From NCBI GenBank assembly GCA_023231475.1, contig JALJEE010002208.1, positions 1 to 64,000 on the forward strand: a stretch of DNA of 64,000 bases. Reading direction: 5' to 3'. The position numbers were made by a program, and so were the translations under genes. Positions 10,838 through 24,300 of the stretch are shown here, in pieces. Every line of letters starts with the position of its first letter. Position 1 is the stretch's first letter. This stretch comes from Seison nebaliae (lineage: Eukaryota). The notes under the pieces are model-generated. The model had not been told where the DNA came from. It made no database searches and worked only from the letters and a program-made list of their open reading frames with translations.

Positions 10838-13800
10838 ATGGTTAGGCGGAGTTCAGACACCGTAATGAATAAAACGTTCAGTAAAACGTCGAACACGTTC
10901 GATACCTTGGATCATCAACTTCAGCGATTGTGGTATGAGAAGAATGATCAGGGAGACAAATCGAAACAAGTTCCGTTAGTCAGTTTCATCCGAACGGAAT
11001 TCAGATTAGAAAAATGTCGTCAAATCGCCATATTTTATTCGTTCATTTTAACACTAACCGGAATCGCTTTGTTGATGACGTCGTTGTTGGTGGAGAAGTC
11101 GCCGGTTAATCAAAAGATGCCAATGAATTCGTCGTTACGTTATGATTGGTTGGAGAAGTGCACGTCATTAATTTTCGCTTATATGTATATCGTTTCGACG
11201 ATTTGGTTCATCTTTTTAAATTTGGACATGAAATATGATCGTGAGAAGAATGCGGAACGATTGAAACGAGAGGAGAAGAAACTGTTAGAGAAATCGTTCC
11301 AAAATACTTCGTCGATTGATGAGAAGAGTACTGGCAACACTGATGGTAATGGAGAAGAATCGATTGTTAATATAGCAACTTTTCGAATAGCGACCGCTGT
11401 GGCTGATTATAAGGACAGGGATGAAGAATTAGGGAAATTTTTGGAAACATCGATACATGATCGAAGTCATGAGAGTGAGAATGAAGAAGAAAAGGAGAAT
11501 CATTTGAAACAATTAATTCCAAGATTTTTCGAAAAGAGTTTAACGGAAGGTCGTGCCAAATTGTTCGAGAAACGTTTATGGATGAATGATCGATCGTCAA
11601 TGCGAAATTTTATAAACCGTCGTAGTAATCATCGACAATTGAAACATTCGGCAACGATCAATTCATTCAGTTCCTTAAATAAAACTCAATTAAATAAGAA
11701 GAGATTGTGTGAGAAGAATTCGAAATTATTCGAAATTCCTTCATATAAAGCGATCGATCGAATGAAACCAGAAATTCTCACTCATTCCTTATCAGCTACT
11801 ACGAGCAATTCCTATAATGATATCGATAGGAATATTAATGATTCATTAATCGAGACACCAGCGAATTTGAAGAGGAATCTTTTCTACATTCCCGACAAAT
11901 CACATTCAGATGACAACGATGGAAATATGGAACATGAACGTATGTTGAAAATGCAGGTAAGTTATCCATCATCCGTTTCTGATATGGTGAACGATCAGAA
12001 CGATATAGACAGATATGATAATGCATCACTCGATTATCAATTGATAGCAGATTCGTCGATAAAGAAGGAGAAAACTGGATATTTTTATGAGACAGCTGAA
12101 GCTGCGAGTGGATTATATATGAGAGTTGGAGGTGGAATATTTTGTGGTTGTAGTCTCATTCTCTTCGGATTGTGGCTCGCTGAAGATTTCGATCATCAAA
12201 ATTTTCATTTATGCACTTGCTGGTATGAAACCATTCAACATTTGGCAGCATTCTTATTCTTATTGAATCAATGTTTCTTCATGTTCCAACATCCCAATAT
12301 TATAATCCGGCGAAATATTTTCATCAATTATTTCGGTACTCTCCATGTCGTCTGTTCGAATATTTGTCTGTGGAGTAAAGTGTTGATAGAGGAGAGTGTG
12401 GTGGAACGATGGCATTATCTTCATTCATTGACACAATCAACACAAGCTCTCAAATCATCACATATTACCAATGATCATATGCATAATCATACCACCATTA
12501 ATTCGACATCATTCGGTCAATATGGTTTCGCCATCAATTCACAACCGAATCTTTACCAAATCAATTCGTCTCTCATTAGTGAATTGTCTCATATGAATGT
12601 GGAAGAGATAGCGAATAATGAAGATCTATTCCATCTCTATCATAAACAATGTTCATTTCAAGAGAATTTCCATTCATTACGTGAAGTCTCATCATCATAT
12701 CTTTTGCCATGTACAGTTGAATTTGTCGTTTTATGTTTGGCGAATATGATCGATGTGATTTTTCGAATGAAATCACGAATACCAGATGATAATGAGAAAG
12801 GTGATGTTATAACAAAAATGCTTCCTAGTCATCAAACAAATTCCGTTTCATCGGAATCATCAAAAATGGAAAAGAAGAAAACAGCAACTGCGTCAACAGA
12901 AAGAACTCAACGAAATGTTCTTTTCACTTTGGATTGTGGACATATTGCTCGTGGTCTTTTTCTTGGCGTTCTAGTTCTATTAGGAACGATCATCTCATTA
13001 ATTGTCTTTCATATGCATTTGAAACAAGCTCCCACATCCAAAGCTCGAAGTTACATTATCAGTCCAAATGGAAAATTTCGTGAAACTCGATCGATCCATT
13101 CATCCGAATCACATACATCAAATCATGAAAAGGAATTACAACATGCATTTGATGGAGCTCTTTATGATTTTCATTTCAATCATGATAATCAAGTCGCTCT
13201 CATGATTAATCAGATGACGGAAATTATTTTAGTGACGATTGGTTTGTTCGCCGTCTTTCTAGCTTATTTCCAGACTCGTAAACAATTAAGAGAGAAGTTT
13301 CTCGTCGATTTCATCGAACAACGTCGTTTGGAAAAGTTTTATTTGAAATGTTATGAAAATTTGAAAAGAATCACGAAAATGAAAAATAACGCCTCAGTTC
13401 TCTCATTGACATCAAGAGATGAGAGAGACGCTTCGATATCTGCTAATCTCAATCAACATTCGAATATTAATTATAAAAATATCGATGAGAATTTGAGGAG
13501 AGTGAAAGAGAAATTAATCGATTTAACACAAGCTACAAATCGAGCGAAAGCTGATATAAAAAATCAGATGAAAGATAGTTTGAATGAGAAGAAGGAATTG
13601 TTCTTATTGGACGTGGGTGTTGTGGGCAGTTGTGCTTTCCGATTGTTTTGTATTGTCGCCGTTCTATTCCGCCAAGAACGTTCCAACACTCATGTGGACG
13701 CATTGATTGTGAAGCAAGCGGATGTTCATGTGAAATTATTCCAAGAATTCCTCCACTCAACTTACAATCAACCGAACGTCACAATTTATAGTGATGAAAT

Positions 13801-14521
13801 TCTGAGGAAAGATTTAGAGGAATTAGACAGTTCGTTGAAATCTCAAAGTATTTTCATTTCCACCATTTTCTTCTTGTATGAGATGTATATTAATATCATC
13901 AAGAAACGTTCGAAACAATTGATTAATGGTCATTCAATCGTCTTCCAATTACCCAAATTACCCAGTCCCATTATCCTCCAATTCCTCAAATATAAAGGCG
14001 TCATTTCACTACTCTCATCGATGTTGTCAATTATTCATACGATTTTCCAATCTGTTCTCATTCGGAATATGTTGAGGAAACGATTAGTCGGTCAACATGC
14101 CATGAGGAAGAAACCGGGACGGGAGACATTCACTTTTCTCACCGTTCATAATATTGCACTTTGGTTTTATCATTCGTTCGAATCGAAACGTTTGGAGACA
14201 AATCCAGTACAAATCAAATTTTTCGGTATAGAAATTTGGACGGCTCTCACTCATTTCGTATGTCCCATCGCTCTCTTCTATTACTTTCATTCCAGTGTCT
14301 GTATCGCCAATATCTGGAATCATTCATATCATTCTCAACGTTCGGAAGAGAACGATTGGAAATCATTTCTTATTCATTCCAATGACGCTCAATCAAAAAA
14401 TCAGTTTTATGATGCCAATACTAATCATCATGCACTAGTCGAATACTATAATTTATTCCATTCCGAATTCCATCGGAATAACAACGAAGAATCTTGCCCC
14501 GCTAAGCCAACTACAGTTTAA
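10838..14521 (+). CDS. Otopetrin-family proton channel, intronless, with long loop insertions
   Basis: Otopetrin motifs GLYMRVGGGIF, YLLPCTVEF, TLDCGHIARGLFLG, KKPGRETFTFL..NIALW, IALFYYFHSSVCIANIW; multiple TM segments. Confidence 0.88.
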   Translation: MVRRSSDTVMNKTFSKTSNTFDTLDHQLQRLWYEKNDQGDKSKQVPLVSFIRTEFRLEKCRQIAIFYSFILTLTGIALLMTSLLVEKSPVNQKMPMNSSLRYDWLEKCTSLIFAYMYIVSTIWFIFLNLDMKYDREKNAERLKREEKKLLEKSFQNTSSIDEKSTGNTDGNGEESIVNIATFRIATAVADYKDRDEELGKFLETSIHDRSHESENEEEKENHLKQLIPRFFEKSLTEGRAKLFEKRLWMNDRSSMRNFINRRSNHRQLKHSATINSFSSLNKTQLNKKRLCEKNSKLFEIPSYKAIDRMKPEILTHSLSATTSNSYNDIDRNINDSLIETPANLKRNLFYIPDKSHSDDNDGNMEHERMLKMQVSYPSSVSDMVNDQNDIDRYDNASLDYQLIADSSIKKEKTGYFYETAEAASGLYMRVGGGIFCGCSLILFGLWLAEDFDHQNFHLCTCWYETIQHLAAFLFLLNQCFFMFQHPNIIIRRNIFINYFGTLHVVCSNICLWSKVLIEESVVERWHYLHSLTQSTQALKSSHITNDHMHNHTTINSTSFGQYGFAINSQPNLYQINSSLISELSHMNVEEIANNEDLFHLYHKQCSFQENFHSLREVSSSYLLPCTVEFVVLCLANMIDVIFRMKSRIPDDNEKGDVITKMLPSHQTNSVSSESSKMEKKKTATASTERTQRNVLFTLDCGHIARGLFLGVLVLLGTIISLIVFHMHLKQAPTSKARSYIISPNGKFRETRSIHSSESHTSNHEKELQHAFDGALYDFHFNHDNQVALMINQMTEIILVTIGLFAVFLAYFQTRKQLREKFLVDFIEQRRLEKFYLKCYENLKRITKMKNNASVLSLTSRDERDASISANLNQHSNINYKNIDENLRRVKEKLIDLTQATNRAKADIKNQMKDSLNEKKELFLLDVGVVGSCAFRLFCIVAVLFRQERSNTHVDALIVKQADVHVKLFQEFLHSTYNQPNVTIYSDEILRKDLEELDSSLKSQSIFISTIFFLYEMYINIIKKRSKQLINGHSIVFQLPKLPSPIILQFLKYKGVISLLSSMLSIIHTIFQSVLIRNMLRKRLVGQHAMRKKPGRETFTFLTVHNIALWFYHSFESKRLETNPVQIKFFGIEIWTALTHFVCPIALFYYFHSSVCIANIWNHSYHSQRSEENDWKSFLIHSNDAQSKNQFYDANTNHHALVEYYNLFHSEFHRNNNEESCPAKPTTV

Positions 14522-15282
14522 TCTGAAAAGAACAAAAATTCATTTCATTATAACAATTTTTATTTATTGTTTCTTTTTCACCCTTTATCCTTCACTTAAA
14601 TTTTAAATAAACTCAAAACAAAAATTTGACGGAAACTTCATGAAACACAACAATTCTCCCAGTGAGAGTTGGATGAGTGGATTATTAAATCGACGTTTAA
14701 TGAACGACGAATATACTCCTTTTTCGAAATATATTCCACACGTAAAGGCAATGGATGTTGTTCCATCAAATTAAAAGTATACCTGTTCTTCAATTAATCG
14801 TTCTAGGACGGGAAATCGTCAAGTGACTTTATTTAAATTATTTCTTAATTTCAAACAAAAGTTCACTGTAACTTTCGAGAAGGAATATCGTCATGATTCA
14901 TCGAAGAGAATGAATTATACCGAATATTATTCGAAATCGATGGAATGATTGTTAAAGGATTAAAAAGGATTGATAATATATGAAATACAAAATTAGCACA
15001 TTCGTCAGAAATGATTCTCAAATGGAGTGAATTGCTGTCGGAGATTCGAGTGATTTCCTCTCCGGGATTTCAACAATCTCATTCGTTCTCTCTTAAATCG
15101 AAAGAAATCTTATTTCTCAATAAAGAAAACTTGATTGATTCATATTCACCTTGACATTCGTGTAAACTAAAGAAAATATTTTGTTAACTTTCACCTCACC
15201 AAACTTCATTCTTATTCGCAATCTCATTATTTGGTATATCAATTATCCGTGGAAGTATTATTCAACTTCAAAAAACGAAATT

Positions 15283-16013
15283 ATGCAAACACTTTGGGTT
15301 TGAACTTTCCTCCTTTTTCTTTCATTCTCACTTGCAATAGGAAATTAATAAAAGTTCATCTTCGCCCAAAGTTCCATTTGACTATTCACCAAGTTTCTCA
15401 AAGTTCTTTTTAGGTTTTCCTCCATTGGGATCCGAACGTTTTGGAGAAACGTCACAAGAAATTAAGTAATGAATTGTTATCATATAAACGGCCCATTCGA
15501 AGTGTTCCCATTCGTGATAATAAGAGAATGAAAGGGACATGTAATGGTTCGACAGGAATGTCGACTGCTGATGTTCATCGATTCCTTCCAGAAACTTATG
15601 AGCTGCCAAAAATTAGGGGAACAGATATTAGAAATCGAAAGTCCATTCGAACAAATTCGTCAATAGAAGAAAATTTTCGTTTGACATTCTCTTCACGTCT
15701 TTCTTACAAATGAGCAAATGTTAATAAATATTTGATAGGAAGTCGATTAAAAGATTCGAAAGGTTCTTCTGCCAAACGAATTGTTGAAGGACAAGCAAAA
15801 ATGGCGGAAACTTTAAGAAATTTGGAAAGGTTAAAATTAATTATAATGTCAAATTATAAAATTAGATTTTTAGATGTCGTACCAAAATCAGGAGAATGCG
15901 AAATGATATTCAATTTCCACAGATTAATTCCGTCGATGGATCTTGGAGATGTATCACGCCCAAAACGAGGGAACGAATGTATCAATTCCAATCTTGGCAT
16001 GGAAGCAAATTAA
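15283..16013 (+). CDS. Uncharacterised basic protein, 5 exons
   Basis: ATG 15283; introns 15298-15340, 15371-15413, 15679-15738, 15830-15865 (all GTT..TAG) give a stop-free chain MQTLWEINKSSSSPKVFLHWDPNVLEKRHKKL...NLGMEAN*. Confidence 0.6.
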
Positions 16014-18635
16014 CTTCGAAATCAGCAATATGATTAAAAATTAAATGGTTTCAAACATGGAAACAAACAAGATTTTATTTAAATTTTTTTTCTATTTAAA
16101 ATTTTAATGAACGAGACAAATAGTAAAGAAATAGAAAGATTTCATGATATATATTTCCAACCATAACAAGTTTTCAATTAATTGAATTTGAAATATTTAA
16201 TTTTATTTTAATTACAACATGAATTCTTTGAATAAATTGTTCAATGATTTTATTAGAAATACGAAAGAATGTGGCTGGGGAAGATGTGAGTTGCTCCGAA
16301 ATTTTATTTGGAGAACAATAATAGAAAAATTTATTGAAATTAAAAGATGGAAAAAATAAGCAATTCAAAATTTAAAGAAAAAATTTATAATAAAATTTCA
16401 TTTCATTATTGCGATGTCGATGTTTGGACTAATTTCATTTTTTGCCTTTCTCATTTTCGATATCTGCATTCGATGAAGTGAAATAAAGGGATGAAGTGGA
16501 AATGAAGAACCTTCTTTTGTTGGTAATGTATTCTTGATGTTTGGTTTGACGTGATGCAATTTTGTTTTACTAAAATTCTTCACATTCGACATCACATTAT
16601 CTCGATCGTCTAAGAGTGAAGATTTGATGGAGAAGAAGGAGAAAAAATTAAGACGGAACTTATCGAAGTGTTTATTGATTTGCCTTTCGACGACATGTTC
16701 AGAGATGATATTTGGAAGAAATGGAAATCTAATTTGAAGATATTATCAAATAAATGAAAAGAACTCAGTGAGATTATTCACATAAATTAGAGATCAGGAA
16801 ACAGAAATTTTGACTGTTATGCACAAATGAGAAAAAGGAGAAGACAAAACAGATTGTGATCCTTCTCCTCCGAATTTCGGATGTTTGATTCTTCTTTGGA
16901 TAAATGAGTTCGGGAAAAGGAATTGGCGCATCATAATAAAAGATCGAATAGGATTTTTAATGAAAATGATGTTATTGTAATGATCGATAGGTATTATTAT
17001 TCGTTTACATAATAATGATGATGATGGAAATATTGATGATTATAGTAGAGTTAATCATTCATTCATTTAATTTTTTCTTAACGTTCGAAGATTTATCTGG
17101 TGAATAAGAAAAGGAAAAAGGAATGGAAGAAAGAAGGAAATTCATCCATGTGAAAGAAGAAAGATAAAATCAAAATATCTGGCAGAGTGATTGACTACGA
17201 TTAAACGGATGTATGAAAGTATTCAGTAGAGTTACTACCTATCCGTCTTCGTCTACTTTCATCAAAGCGATCTCCTCTTCCAATCCCCTCTCTTCCCTTC
17301 CCTCCCTCCTCAAATGAATCATAAAAAGTGCTACAATAACAACAACATGAATTAGATTCATGTAACAAGCACATTCACATTCTCATTCTTATCATCTTCA
17401 TCATCATCATCATCAGTAGAGTTCTTTCGATTACCTCTTCTCTTCATTCCGAATAGACATCGTCCTCATCCTTTTCAGAACAGTCATACATAATTTCGAT
17501 GTAGATGGCCTTCAATCGACCATGATCAGTCAGCGCTTACCCTCATCATCATCATCCACAAGAATAATTATATTCCCTGCCATTAAAGAAAACGATTGTA
17601 CTTTGCATCTCATCTCTCAAATCGAACTATCAATAACTTTCTTCGACGGATGAGTGTTGAGCAATTTTCGTGTTCTCTCCTTTTCTCATTAAAAAGGCCT
17701 TAACATCTAAAGAAGGAATCTCAATACTTCAGAGGAGTGGTGTGTCGACGTATGTGTACGGAGCGCTCGTAACGAATGAATTCCAAATGATTAACACCAA
17801 CACAATTCCTTCTCGTCGGATGATATCTAAAATTGTCTTAACATTCAATTGTAGTTTCATCATATCCGTATATATTGGAAAGAATCTCCTGTTTTTTCTG
17901 TTAGAAAATATATTTCTTATGTCCCAAACGAATTGAGAGATTTGAAAATGACTGAAATTATTATTATGATGAATCATCAACATGTGATTCATTAACACAT
18001 ATTCTACATAAATTAATTCTGGTATTTGTTCATAGTTTATTATTAAACAATTTCAGAATTTCCTCACAACAACTCTTCCAATTTGCATATTCTCCTGTTT
18101 ATCTTACTCATTTTTAATTAGAACGATTGCAACCGTTAGTGCCAAATAAATGGAGGCATATATTAACCTATAAACGTATCCCTTCTTTTCTTCTTCCTAC
18201 TAATCTTCAAAGAACAAAGATGTGGTGTCAGTCGTGAGGTAACGAAAGAAATCGTATTTTAAATTTTTCACTGAAACACATGTCCAATAATTTCACTTCC
18301 TCTACACAAAAAGAAAGAATGATAAATTATTCAAAATTTATCTGCATCTTCCTCTCAAATTCATTTTCTTCCATTCTTTGAATGAACAACTCAACGCCAC
18401 ACTTCAACATATATGTTGAAGTGTAAATACATGTATTTAAAACGTCTAAAACATCCATTTAAATGAATAATGAAAGTAACTTCTTTTTTTAGATTATTTC
18501 ATTTTTTATAACCGAACCTTCATAAACCGAATGAGTTTTCACTATTGAAAAAATTAAACATCATAAAAACTGTTCTGTCATATTAGAACATATTATATAA
18601 TTTCAAATAATACTATGTCTATATACCAATATATC

Positions 18636-18758
18636 TTGTCCCCAACTTTTAAGATTTCCGACAATTCGGAGACTAGACAATTGGGGAGTATTTCCAATGG
18701 AATGAAAAGTACATCATAAAAATATTACTCTGAAGTGTCTAATATCCCAATTGTCTGT
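18636..18758. repeat. Short inverted/direct GACAATT(G/C)GG motifs, possible MITE remnant
   Basis: gacaattcggagactagacaattgggg (about 18660-18685) faces cccaattgtct (about 18746-18756), with ttgtcccca upstream. Confidence 0.3.
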
Positions 18759-21306
18759 TTGTCACAAATAATAAGCAAACTTATTATAAATCTAATATTA
18801 TCTCCGTCGTATATTGAATTACTGTAATATGTTACTGTGATGTTAGTACTAAAACCAGCATTGTTAGTACTATTTATTTAATATTAGTCAACTTTAATTG
18901 CGGAAGTATAATGAAAATGAAACAAAAAACAAACAATAAATTTATTAATGTTAAAGCAAGAGAATCAAATGTTAAGAATCATCCAAGATTTCTTCAATAT
19001 ATTGAAGCCTCGAGGCTTTGAGGCTATACCTTAAAAAAACCATCTTTTAATTTTTGTCAGAAACTTATTTCGCAACTAAAATAATTTTGCGATTATAACG
19101 CATTAACAATATCCAACTCCATAAATAAGTTCCGAAATCTATCATTAAATTTTTACATGTAATCTTATGTGCTTAATCCGTTGTGTCCCAAAATAAATTT
19201 GGATAAATCATTCATTTCTGGTGATTCACCTGGATAATTATCATATTTCCTCTTTTGTTTACCCCGCGCAGATTTGTTGTTCTCCAAACCCCCAAAGAAA
19301 GAAAAAAAACGAAACAGTTAAGGAGACTTAAAAAACTAGCAATTAGTAAGAACTGTGATCTTGATCTTTTCATTATTCATTTTTTTTCTGTTTTTTTTCT
19401 ACATTCACGTCTCTTTTTCGACATCAAGTCGACATGGACTTGTTCATTAAAAGAATGTTTTAACCGTTTATAACGGTTTAATTAGTGGAAAATTTTCCAT
19501 TTACTTCCACTGAATTCTTGATCTTTGATAGATCTGGTTTTGTTCTTTTATTATTATCCTAAAAAATTTCCTTATCCATAACTGTTCGTATTCAATTCTA
19601 GATAACTATAGTATTATAGATAATATTATAAATATTACACTATAAAGTAGAGTATGGTGATACATGGGAGTTGACAACTGTTCCAATTTATAAAATAACC
19701 AAACAATTGATAACTGTTTCCAAATGCAAAAAAAGAACTGACGTATTACATCACATTATGACAATGAATTTGAAAGATTTATATAAATGATTAGTATTTC
19801 GCAATTTCATAATAATATTTGTCTTACAAAAATCGAAACGATTCTAATTTTACATTTTACGAACAAATCTTACTAGTGGAAAGAATAAAAGTTCTTCAAA
19901 CATCATTGTGGTGATTAATTTCATTGAATAATATACAAGGACATGTATTTCTCAAACAGATAAACTAACAACCAATTTGAAATTAGTAAACACTTTCAAA
20001 CGAACATGATCATGCCATACGAATATTTGCCTTTGTCATTCATAAATGAAGTCGCTGGAGAATGGAAGAGAAAATGGAATGATCAGAAAAAAAACAATCT
20101 TTTGAAATCAGGCGTCTATTGAAGGCCAAAAATATTAGGAAGTCGAACACTAATATTTGAGGTAGAAAGTTCTAATATCAATTGTCATAAATTAAAGTGC
20201 ATGAAAAAGATTTTTTGGAATCGGATAATCCTATATCGAACAATTTTATTAATTTTATAAAAACTAACATTTAGAACAACAACAACTGACTGGAAATTGT
20301 GTTGAGAAATTTATTCCTAGATTACAAAATAATGAACGTTGTCATAATCATTCTTGTAGCTTATAATTCAGCATATTTGAGTTAGTCAAACTGGTGATAT
20401 TGTCGTCATACTGGATGACGTTTCGCTAATCTCTATAGTGAATGATTTTCAATTTTCGATCGGTTTCCATTGAGCTTAAAAGTTTGGTATAGAAGATTAC
20501 TTAAATTGATTTAAATTATTTACATATATCGTAAATATATGTTATTGTTCAAACGTTAGTAGTACTAACTTACTACCATCAGTTAAAATGATACATTTCA
20601 TTTTCCAAGTTAGTAACATTTGTTCGTCGAAATAATTTCAATGTGACGGCACAAGTTGTTGAAAATGTGGATCAGTTAGATCAAACTTATTCGGTTTTCA
20701 ATTTTGAACAATAACTTCAGAACATGTTAGGCAGAAGAAAGGTAACTAATGAAACTCTTGAAGCAGAATCACAAATCTAATTTTATGGCTAATTTCCAAT
20801 TACATTTTTTGGTTTTTTCCAGGATAATTCTGGTTTGTAACTCATGTGTATATCGGATGTTTTCAATGTTCTTAATTTCTTACAACGATATATGGACGTT
20901 TTTGAAAAAACTATAACACCGATAAACCGACCTGATTATGACGAATGATTTCATTAAAATATTTGTTTTCTAACTTTAATTTTTTTTTCATTTTATCAAT
21001 ATTATAGGATGTTGTTTATTCAATAAATTAAAATTATTTATGCTTAAAATGATATTTTGTCTTACAATTAAATTGAAGTTGTTCTTGAAAAATGTTATTC
21101 AAATTTGAGACAGAGTGAATTTGAATAAATAAGAATTTGAGGAAAGAATCCTTTCGTACGGTTAACGGATTATCGTAATAGTTTTGTTTATTCAATTTAT
21201 TTCTATTTACTTTCAATTATGAATAAGGTTGTGAATATCATAAAATTATTTTATAAAGATCCTTGCTGAATTCTTTTTATGATCTTGCCAAGAAGATTTT
21301 TGAGAG

Positions 21307-24300
21307 ATGACTAATTGGAAGAATTTTTTCATTTTATTATTCATTATTACTCATAATGTTTCGTCTGATCTTGTGCCTTGCGGAGGGTCACAACCAACAC
21401 CTGCTGGTACGACTCCATGTTAATATTTCCGCTCTATTGTCCTATCTCTTTCAATTCCTCTTTAATCATCAGTGACGGACGGACCGAAATTTCCTGAAAG
21501 ATTTCGAGTCAGTTTCGATATAATAAGTGTTACCGATGACAGTGTTGTGGAGGGTTTGGAACATATCGACCTTTATTATGATAATGTGACAATGAAAGCC
21601 TCATACAAATATCGATCAGGCTTTGATAATATAAATTTTATTTATGATTTTAGAACTCAACAAGTTCTGGTGGTGGAAGGAGTATGTTAGTCCAATAATA
21701 GAACAATGGAATTATTCCGATAAATTGAACGATTTCTAGATGATAACAATTGTCGAGCATTTGCTTTAAGTTCAAAAATAGCTGATCGTGAATTATTTAT
21801 ACGTTTGAAAAATGCTACTGATGGATCGATAGTTTTGGATGATCCAGGAAATTTTTTCTTTTTCGATCCGAAAATATTCGTTAAATCTTTTTTAATTTCC
21901 ATTTCGTATAATCATTGACTGTTATAGACGTCATATATGATCGGTCAACCATATATGGTCCCCACATACCAATTCAGTGCTTGTTTAACAAACCTAGACA
22001 TTTTAGGTGACAGGAACGACAAATTAACCGTCGACTGGTATTGGTCGAATGAAAACCGTTTCGATTGAACTTCTTTATAAATAATTTCTCATTTTGTCAA
22101 AAAAAGTTTTAAACACATCGGCTGAAATCGATATCCAGAAATGGTTCCCGTTCCAAATGAACATCATGTCAAGTGATAAGAAGAAACAAAAGACGTTCAA
22201 ATTTTACGATTTTGTTCCGGGAAAAATTGAAGATATGCCAGTGGAAAGATATCCGGGAGAGATTGATCAATTGATATTCGAAGTACCTCCAGGTACTTAT
22301 TGTTATGATCGAGCGGCATTAATCGAACAACAGTTACCTGTCCTTCCAATTTCGTTCAAGTTCATAAGAGAAACTGTCAATTATTATACGGGCGAAGCGG
22401 AAGTTGGAAGTTTATGGTATGATCATCAGATAAAATTAGTGAGATATGACACAACTGCTAGTTTGGCATCATATCCTTATTTCGTAACGGATCCTTTGAC
22501 AATTATCGCTGATTACAATGCCGGTGTACAATATGCGATTAATCAGAATCGGAACAATTGTACCGTTCGTCCAATGGATGTCAGTGCACCAGCCCTCAAT
22601 ATACAGAAAGCGCGAGCTGAAGATAATTCTGGTTCTGCTTACATTATGTTTACTCCAGCTGAATTGTTAATGTTGTATAACGACGAACAACAATATCAAT
22701 TTGTAACGAAAGTTATAAAAAATTTCATGAATTTCATTTTGAAATAAGATCGAAATAAAACCAATTTATTTTTAGAGAAAAGAACGAGGATTGACAGTTA
22801 ATACATTTATGGGGAATCTGTCATTGTTTGTAGAACAATATAACAAAGAAGTACCAACGTTTGTTGAATGGTCATTTACATCAGTTTTCATTTGATTGAG
22901 AAAATATTTTTTTAAATTTAATTAGAATTCCGTTGCTATTTCGGATGAAGTTGGTGATGAATTTAACGTGCCAATAAAAATGCGCATGAACATTTTAGTT
23001 AATATATTTCTTATAAAATCCTAATACACATTTCGTCAGGACGGTGATTCGATATTTGACATTAATTTCATGGATTTTACTCGACAACAATTCAGTTTGA
23101 AAACATTCGATCTCTCTCAATGTACGAAGGAAGAGAATAAATTAAGATTTATTCTCATTGCCGAATTGTCGAGTTATGCACTCAATTTCGCTAATTTTGA
23201 TAATGTTGCTGAAATTACTCTCGCGTCATTGGCCTCCACATGTGAAATTTTACCAACACGATTCGAATATCCGAAAGTGATGACTGAAGATAATAAGTTG
23301 TATATCGCATCGGCAATCATGGAACCACCAGCCATCGAAAGTTAAAATTAAAAGCGAATGAATTTATTTCATTTATATTTTTAGATCGTTTTAATTTCGA
23401 TTTCGAAGGACAAATCGATTTGAATACCATTTCCGCAAATGCTAAAGTTGTCCGTGCGACATTGGCATCTTCATGTTTCAGTGTATGTCTAGCGGATAAT
23501 AGTTTAGCTTGTAAAGCTGTCTATTTCTGCAACGGCGTTTGTGTATTGAAAGTTGATCGAAATTTTGATGCGTATTTCTCTCAAGGCAACTTAAACAATA
23601 ACGCTCGAGCAACAAATATAACGAATTGTTTCCATTTCTCAAGTTCCATTTTATCTCTATAGAAATATCAACTTTAATTGTTTGTGATTACGACAGAGAA
23701 TTCGGATAACGATGATAAGATTGATATCGTCGACGCTTATATGGCAATGATTCGATTGAAGAATAGTATTTATAATGGACCTCTTCCCAGTATTCAGATC
23801 GGCGAGACAGATGTTAATAATTTTATGAAAAGGAAATATTAATTAGAGAAACATTAGACGATGAAAGTAGTAGATATTGTTGAATCGAATCTATTCACAG
23901 CCAGTTTCGCCGCTGCTGGTAATAGTTTGAAGAATTTTATTAAACGACCAAATTATGAAATGAGAAATGGAACGGAATTGAGAGAGGTGCCATTAGATGA
24001 ATGTGCGAGCGCTTGTGAATACGAAGAAACTTACGATTGTCGTTCATTCTCTTATTGCAAAGACACGAGAATATGCAAATTATCGGGACAATCAGCATTC
24101 GATATCATTTCACCAAATGATGGAAATATAAATTTGATTGTGGTTAAGCAGAATCCTCAAGCCGACTTATACTTACGTTACACATGACATTGATAATTAT
24201 GACTTATTAATCATTTCATTAATGTTTGTAGGTGATTATATTACTTATTTCGAACAATTGCCATTCAGTGAAGGTTTCCCCAAATCCGATTACAAATATA

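Noticed and set aside
14640..15280. Apparent spliced ORF with several in-frame TGA codons, suggesting UGA recoding
   Set aside because: Two plus-strand frames and one minus-strand frame all read this way, so it reflects local TAA scarcity and TGA abundance. The downstream gene has its own ATG at 15283.
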